A DNA stretch of 64,000 nt from Thermodesulfovibrionales bacterium (lineage in GTDB: Bacteria > Nitrospirota > Thermodesulfovibrionia > Thermodesulfovibrionales > SM23-35): contig CAVQRT010000014.1 in NCBI GenBank assembly GCA_963715195.1, forward strand, positions 1 to 64,000, read 5' to 3'. This document shows, piece by piece, positions 58,513 through 64,000 of this stretch. Position 1 is the stretch's first letter; every line of letters starts with the position of its first letter. Both the position numbers and the translations under genes were made by a program. The notes under the pieces were generated by a model. The model saw nothing but the letters and a program-made list of their open reading frames with translations, searched no databases and had not been told where the DNA came from.

Positions 58513-59220
58513 ATGATAATCCTTGCGGTAGAGACTTCCACATTGCTTGGAGGGATCGCGATCCTTCATGACACATCGGGCGTGATTGCTGAAGGAAAAC
58601 TCAATATACAAGCAACCCACTCCGAGAGGCTCATGACAGAGATAGCCCATTTCATGGAAAAGACTTCATATCAGCTGAAAGATATTGATGCCTTTGCGGT
58701 GTCCATTGGCCCGGGGTCCTTTACCGGACTGAGAATTGGTTTGAGTACGGTGAAGGGTTTTTCATATGCAACAGGCAAACCGGTGGTTGCGGTGCCGTCG
58801 CTCGAAGCACTGGCGTGGAATTTTCCTTTCAGCCGGCATCCCGTCTGTACGATTTTCGATGCGAGGAAAAAAGAGGTCTATGCCGCGGTATTTCTGTGGG
58901 AAGGGGAGGGTTTCAAAAGAGTGGTGAATGAAACGGCGGCAAAAGTGGAAAGATTGATGGAATACCTGGAGCAGGAGGAAGCATTGCTTGGAGAAAAGAT
59001 ACTTTTTACCGGCGAGGGAGCTCTTCTCTATCGGGAAGCGATAATCAGCAGACTGAGTGAAAAAGCGCTCTTCCCTCCGGTAGATAAGATGATCCCTTCG
59101 CCGGCCAATGTGGCATGCGTCGGCCTGCAGAAAGCATTGAGGGGAGAGTTTGCGGAGCCTGTCAGTCTCGTACCTTTCTACTTGCGAAAGTCTGAAGCAG
59201 AAATAAAAAAGCATGCCTGA
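58513..59220 (+). CDS. tsaB: tRNA threonylcarbamoyladenosine biosynthesis protein TsaB
   Basis: ILAVETST, HSERL, GPGSFTGLRIG, DARKKEVY, P.YLRKSEAE. Confidence 0.94.
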   Translation: MIILAVETSTLLGGIAILHDTSGVIAEGKLNIQATHSERLMTEIAHFMEKTSYQLKDIDAFAVSIGPGSFTGLRIGLSTVKGFSYATGKPVVAVPSLEALAWNFPFSRHPVCTIFDARKKEVYAAVFLWEGEGFKRVVNETAAKVERLMEYLEQEEALLGEKILFTGEGALLYREAIISRLSEKALFPPVDKMIPSPANVACVGLQKALRGEFAEPVSLVPFYLRKSEAEIKKHA

Positions 59221-59656
59221 ACTCATCATTCGTGACATGCAGGAGGGTGATATCCCTGCTATTATGGAAATAGAGCGTTCTTCTTTCACCACACCATGGT
59301 CGGATATCTCTTTTCTCAGCGAAATATATAAGAAAAACGGCATCTCGAGAATTGCCCTCTATGAGGAAAAACTCATCGGCTACATTTGTGTGAATTATGT
59401 GTTGCATGAGGCACATCTATTAAATCTTGCAGTGCATGAGGACTTCAGGAGACGTGGTGTCGGAACGATCTTGCTGAATGAAATCCTGAAAGAGCTGAAG
59501 AAGAAGGGATGTGTTTTTATGTATCTTGAGGTCAGGGTATCCAATGCCGGTGCACAGGGTTTTTACGAACAGTTCGAATTTTCGGCTGCAAGCAGAAGGA
59601 AGAAATATTATGCGAATCCGGACGAGGACGCTCTCCTCATGATGGGAAGGATTTGA
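59213..59656 (+). CDS. rimI: ribosomal-protein-alanine N-acetyltransferase
   Basis: SF..PW, NLAV...RRRGVG, LEVRVSN..A..FY, YY..P.EDA. Confidence 0.92.
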   Translation: MPELIIRDMQEGDIPAIMEIERSSFTTPWSDISFLSEIYKKNGISRIALYEEKLIGYICVNYVLHEAHLLNLAVHEDFRRRGVGTILLNEILKELKKKGCVFMYLEVRVSNAGAQGFYEQFEFSAASRRKKYYANPDEDALLMMGRI

Positions 59657-60664
59657 TTATGCCCAGACGCCCTCAAGGGTATATCCGCATTTGAAGCATC
59701 TCCCGTCCGCACAGTGCATCTTCATGATTTTGAACCCGAATCGCATGATCAGAAGCTGCTTGCAGTTCGGACAATACGTGCTCTCCCCTCCCTCGCCGGG
59801 AATATTCCCTTCATAAACATACCGCAGGCCTGCCTCATATCCGATCTCCCGGGCTCTCCTGAGCGTCTGCACGGGAGTTCTTGGCTTATCAGTCAATTTG
59901 TACGTGGGATAAAACTGTGTAACGTGCCACGGAATTGCTGGGTCAACTGACGTAACAAATTCTGCGATTTCCCGCAGGTCATGCTCTGAATCATTGTAAT
60001 CCGGGATTATGAGTGTAGTGACCTCAACCCAGACGCCGAGTTCCTTCATGAGACGGATCGTTTCTTTCACCGGATTCACCCGTGCTCCACACAGCTTTTT
60101 GTAGAAATCATCGTTGCCCTTCAGGTCGATATTGTTGCCGTCGAGATAGGGAGCAATGACCCGGGTTGCTTCGGGAGATGTATACCCGTTGCTGACAAAC
60201 ACGTTTCTGATACCTTTCTCGTGTGCAAGCTTTGCACATTCATATGCAAATTCGAAGAAAATTGTCGGTTCTGTATAGGTATATGAGATGCTCTCGCAGC
60301 CGTTTTTTACTGCTGCCTCAACGATTCCCCCAGGGGTCATTTCATACCCGGCAATATCCTCGTGCTCCCTTGGGTATTGAGATATGGTGTTATTTTGACA
60401 GTGCTCACAGCGGAAATTGCAGCCCACGGTTGCGATCGAAAACGAGGTTGACGCAGGCAGGAAATGAAAGAGGGGCTTCTTTTCGATCGGGTCAACATTC
60501 ATTGAGATCACCTTTCCATAGACAAGGCTGTACAGGGTGCCACCCCTGTTTTCGCGCACAGCACAGATGCCTCTTTTGCCCTCTATAATGGTGCAGTGGT
60601 GAACGCACAGAAAGCACCTGACCTTCTTCTCGTCAAGTTTTTCGTAAAACATCGCTTCTTTCAT
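59657..60664 (-). CDS. amrS: AmmeMemoRadiSam system radical SAM enzyme
   Basis: C.VREN, DPIEKKPLFHF, GCNFRCEHCQN, YTYTEPTIF, VY.GN..TYCP.C. Confidence 0.9.
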   Translation of the reverse strand: MKEAMFYEKLDEKKVRCFLCVHHCTIIEGKRGICAVRENRGGTLYSLVYGKVISMNVDPIEKKPLFHFLPASTSFSIATVGCNFRCEHCQNNTISQYPREHEDIAGYEMTPGGIVEAAVKNGCESISYTYTEPTIFFEFAYECAKLAHEKGIRNVFVSNGYTSPEATRVIAPYLDGNNIDLKGNDDFYKKLCGARVNPVKETIRLMKELGVWVEVTTLIIPDYNDSEHDLREIAEFVTSVDPAIPWHVTQFYPTYKLTDKPRTPVQTLRRAREIGYEAGLRYVYEGNIPGEGGESTYCPNCKQLLIMRFGFKIMKMHCADGRCFKCGYTLEGVWA

Positions 60665-60930
60665 AAACTCATTATAGCAAGTAACGGTTTTTTAAAGCAT
60701 GTGCCCCGGGACTTTTCTCCTGGGAAAGTTGATGCCCCTTCTTACGTTCGATTGCATCTCATTTTGTACTGCTTAAGATGAAAATCAAGATATGAATATG
60801 AAAAATATTGCTTTCCATCCCCTAAGGGCATTTCTTCTCATAACCCTGAAGCAGATATCTTTGTTGCATATTCCCAGCAGCAATCAGTATCTTAAACTTA
60901 TCAGACAATTTCCAGAAGGAGGTTAGCAGC

Positions 60931-61542
60931 GTGAAAGTTTTAGTCCTGTTCTATTCAATGTATGGGCATATTCACCGCATGGCAGAAGCTGTTGCAACGG
61001 GGGTACAGGAAGTTGAAGGTGCAATATGCGAAATAAGGCGTGTCCCGGAGACACTGCCTGAAGAGGTCCTGATAAAAATGGGTGCGCTCGAAGTTCAGAA
61101 AAATCTTGCTCATGTGCCGGTATGCACCCTTGATGAACTGGTTTCCGCTGATGCAGTTATCTTTGGCACTCCGACGCGGTTTGGGAACATGTGCGGACAG
61201 ATGCGGCAGTTTCTCGATTCAACAGGTCAGCTCTGGGCTGCAGGAGCACTTGTCGGGAAGGTGGGGAGTGTTTTCACCAGTTCGAATACCCAGCACGGCG
61301 GCCAGGAATCTACGATTCTCAGCTTTCACCTCACACTTCTCCATCATGGGATGATCATTGTGGGCTTGCCTTATACCTTCCAGGGTCAGATGCGCATCGA
61401 TGAGATTACCGGAGGTTCGCCGTATGGCGCATCAACGATTGCAGGTCCAAAGGGACAGCGAATGCCGAGCGAGAATGAATTATCTGCGGCACGGTTTCAG
61501 GGAAAACATGTGGCAGTAATAGCTGCAAGGCTTGCGAGATAG
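60931..61542 (+). CDS. wrbA: NAD(P)H:quinone oxidoreductase WrbA
   Basis: [31 protein letters not shown]. Confidence 0.95.
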   Translation: MKVLVLFYSMYGHIHRMAEAVATGVQEVEGAICEIRRVPETLPEEVLIKMGALEVQKNLAHVPVCTLDELVSADAVIFGTPTRFGNMCGQMRQFLDSTGQLWAAGALVGKVGSVFTSSNTQHGGQESTILSFHLTLLHHGMIIVGLPYTFQGQMRIDEITGGSPYGASTIAGPKGQRMPSENELSAARFQGKHVAVIAARLAR

Positions 61543-61614
61543 GAACGTTGCCCTGCGATATCAGGAGACAATAGGCTGCTCTGTTTATAATATTCTTGTG
61601 CCGAAGTTGATCTA

Positions 61615-61989
61615 TTGATGGGAAGAATAAAAACATTCAGAGTCTTTCAGCATCCTGCCTTCGGATATCAGGCTGTGAAAGTCGGATTTTCATGGCCCGG
61701 ACTTTTCTTTTCCGGGATCTGGCTCTTGTTAAAAAGGCTTTGGGGATATGCCCTGGTATTCTTGTCAATCACGATCGTGCTGTCTTTCATAGAAACAGGG
61801 TTTGAAAAGGACCAGAACATTACTGGCATCGTGCTGATACTCTGGTTGGAGATTGGCATGTATATCTTCGTCGGAGTCAGGGGAAATGACTGGCATGCTG
61901 CCAATCTGCAAAAGCGAGGTTTTGAGCTTATCGATACGGTGCAGGCAGAGACTCCCAGCGCAGCAATCGGAAAAGTCGCCAAAACGTGA
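61615..61989 (+). CDS. DUF2628-like membrane protein
   Basis: VKVGFSWPG.FF..IW.L.K.LW, GN.W...L..RGF. Confidence 0.75.
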   Translation: MMGRIKTFRVFQHPAFGYQAVKVGFSWPGLFFSGIWLLLKRLWGYALVFLSITIVLSFIETGFEKDQNITGIVLILWLEIGMYIFVGVRGNDWHAANLQKRGFELIDTVQAETPSAAIGKVAKT

Positions 61990-62189
61990 GCAGTCTTCCC
62001 TGATAATTTGTTCAAGCCTGCTTCCATCGCTGCGCCTTCCAAAAAGCCGCAGAATTTAATTCTGATATAGTTGTGCAGATTACCAAATATTACCGATATG
62101 AGTGAGTATGAATGGAGGCGGAGTGAATATCTAATGTATTTTGGAGGGCGAACAGCTACCCTCGCCCATTTTGAGGATACCCAGGGATA

Positions 62190-62660
62190 TTATTTCTTTT
62201 CAAAGAGGTTTCTATATTGCCCGTATCCTTCTTTTTCGAGGTCCTCTGCAGGGATAAACCGGAGGGCGGCTGAGTTCATGCAGTAACGGAGACCTGTCGG
62301 CGCAGGACCGTCGGGAAATACGTGACCGAGGTGTGAATCACCAAGCTTGCTCCTCACCTCTGTCCTTTTCATGAAAAGGCGCCTGTCTTGCTTTTCCACG
62401 ATATTACCGGGTTCAAGGGGCCTGGAGAAGCTTGGCCATCCGGTGCCGGAGTCGTATTTATCGAGAGAGCTGAAAAGGGGTTCCCCTGAGACAATGTCAA
62501 CATAAATACCCTCTCTCTTGTTATCCCAATACTCGTTATGGAACGCTCTTTCCGTGCCCTCCTCCTGGGTAACCTCGAACTGCAGCGGCGTAAGCTTCTT
62601 CTTGAGCTCCTCCTTTGAAGGCTTTACAAATTTCTTATCTGCACTTTCCATAGTGTGCAC
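62190..62660 (-). CDS. msrB: peptide-methionine (R)-S-oxide reductase
   Basis: [39 protein letters not shown]. Confidence 0.94.
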   Translation of the reverse strand: MHTMESADKKFVKPSKEELKKKLTPLQFEVTQEEGTERAFHNEYWDNKREGIYVDIVSGEPLFSSLDKYDSGTGWPSFSRPLEPGNIVEKQDRRLFMKRTEVRSKLGDSHLGHVFPDGPAPTGLRYCMNSAALRFIPAEDLEKEGYGQYRNLFEKK

Positions 62661-62767
62661 CTCTCTTTTTTCTCCCCATATCGTTTTGAGAAACTGGTCT
62701 CTGCCGGAATTAAACCGGTAAAATTTGTACCGTATAGGATTTTTTTATAATAATCCTGATTATATTC
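62661..62767 (-). pseudogene. msrA: C-terminal remnant of msrA, in frame with msrB
   Basis: [32 protein letters not shown], with a 1-nt shift in the T7 run at 62740-62746. Confidence 0.7.
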
Positions 62768-62889
62768 CTTATTATATCAATTTCTCCTTTCCCGGGTTCT
62801 TTTCATGGTCAAGAAAGGGAGGTAATTGGTACAATAAAACAGGAAAAAAAACTGTTTCTTTTCAGAAAGAATGAAAGGCGAGGTGTTCG

Positions 62890-63486
62890 GTGAGCAGGTA
62901 CGAAACAAAGACATGTGCGCACTGCGGAAGAGCCATTAATGCCCGGTATGCAGTCTGTCCTCTGTGCGGCGGGCATATTCGTGACGAGGTCGGGACAATT
63001 CCGCCGGTGTGCCCTCATTGCAGAATTCCTCTTGAAATCCAGATACATGACGGTGATGAATACGATTTCTGCAGACAATGCGGCGGGATCTGGCTTGATA
63101 AAGGCGAATTTAAAAAGGCAACAAGGCCCTCTGACGTATACCGTAAGGAAGAAATCAAAGGCGAGTTTCTCCGTGGATCTTTACGGGAACCAATAGAATA
63201 TATCCCCTGTGTCAGATGCGGGAAACTCATGAACCGAAAGAATTTCAGACGTATCTCTGGTGTCATCATCGACGAATGCGGCAGACATGGCGTATGGCTT
63301 GATGCAGGAGAGCTCGAAAAAATACGTCACTTTATCGCGGATGGTGGTCTTGACAGATCTCAAGACAGAGAAATCGAACGGACACGCAATGAACTGAGGG
63401 ACCTTGCCACGAAAGTGGATCAAACAGCATTTGTCCAGAAGATTCTCCATTTCTGGAAATTCAAGAGATGGCTTTTTGGTGGCTGA
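62890..63486 (+). CDS. multi zinc-ribbon (zf-TFIIB-like) protein
   Basis: CAHC..CPLC, CPHC..C..CGGIWLDKGE, CVRC..C..HGVWLDAGEL. Confidence 0.85.
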   Translation: MSRYETKTCAHCGRAINARYAVCPLCGGHIRDEVGTIPPVCPHCRIPLEIQIHDGDEYDFCRQCGGIWLDKGEFKKATRPSDVYRKEEIKGEFLRGSLREPIEYIPCVRCGKLMNRKNFRRISGVIIDECGRHGVWLDAGELEKIRHFIADGGLDRSQDREIERTRNELRDLATKVDQTAFVQKILHFWKFKRWLFGG

Positions 63487-63540
63487 TTTCGACTCCCGGA
63501 TAATGAGGCTGTAAGAGTACGACAGGAAAAATATCCCTTC

Positions 63541-64000
63541 ATGGATCAACAGAACGGATTGCCCTCAGAACAGAAGGTTAAAAAAAGATTTCTGGTTTTT
63601 TTAATCGGGACACTCCTTATTCTTCTCCTCTTATTTTTTGCCGGTGCTCCGGCCATTTCTACAGCGCTGAAAAATGCGCTCATTTCCGAACTGCAGGAAC
63701 TCTCCGGAGAGAAGATTTCGATTCATGACCTTCGTCTTAATCTTTTTCCGCTCTCGATAGAGGCGAAAGAAATTGGGGTATCTGATGAAGGCGGAAAGAG
63801 TGTTGTTACCGTCGAGAGAGTTAAGGGCTATGTCGGGCTATCGGGACTTCTCAATAAAACGATCTCTATCCGCCGGCTCGTTCTGAAAGAGCTGAAGGTC
63901 ATGGCAGAAAGGCAGAAGATTGAAGAGATCGTCAAACATATCGAGGACTATCTTAATAAGGAACAAAAGGATGCATTGAAGGTCAAGATTAAGGCTGTTG
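63541..64000 (+). CDS. AsmA/TamB-like envelope protein, N-terminal part (runs off the window)
   Basis: Open frame from ATG 63541 to the window end; N-terminal membrane anchor, then ELQELSGEKISI..L.L.LFPL. Confidence 0.7.
   Translation, partial: MDQQNGLPSEQKVKKRFLVFLIGTLLILLLLFFAGAPAISTALKNALISELQELSGEKISIHDLRLNLFPLSIEAKEIGVSDEGGKSVVTVERVKGYVGLSGLLNKTISIRRLVLKELKVMAERQKIEEIVKHIEDYLNKEQKDALKVKIKAV

Overview
A 64 kb, gene-dense chromosomal window from an anaerobic bacterium. Gene content and order suggest Nitrospirota/Thermodesulfovibrionia or a deltaproteobacterial-type sulfur-cycling organism, but this is inference only. The left end holds a sigma54 promoter with a candidate anti-SD small RNA, a Flp-like prepilin, tRNA-Ala(CGC), an hdrA-mvhD-mvhG-mvhA ([NiFe] group 3c) cluster followed by tusA, apgM, a TatD/radical-SAM fusion, and a DsbA-family gene with an in-frame UGA in its UxxC motif plus a SECIS-like hairpin (probable selenoprotein). 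From 10.7 to 20.4 kb is an accessory segment rich in frameshifts: a Crp/Fnr regulator, an OmpR/kinase pair, two tandem decayed PEGA+FGE-sulfatase genes, and a secreted Cys-rich protein with 11 perfect 96-bp disintegrin-like repeats. The rest is mostly housekeeping: hisD, a glycogen-phosphorylase homolog with substituted catalytic motifs, alpha-carbonic anhydrase, the liv-recN-lepB-rib-nusB-uppS-cdsA-dxr-rseP run, dapL-folK-diguanylate cyclase, hisH, a Grx/FTR-like pair, glyS, tsaB-rimI, amrS, wrbA and msrB. Overlaid on this are several dispersed non-coding repeat systems: an 8-bp tandem/inverted-arm family at 7 loci, heptamer arrays inserted in-frame in proteins, a ~180-bp MITE-like element in two copies, REP-like palindromes and an IS200/605-like remnant. 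Several genes look leaderless. All family assignments come from motif recognition by eye, not database searches.
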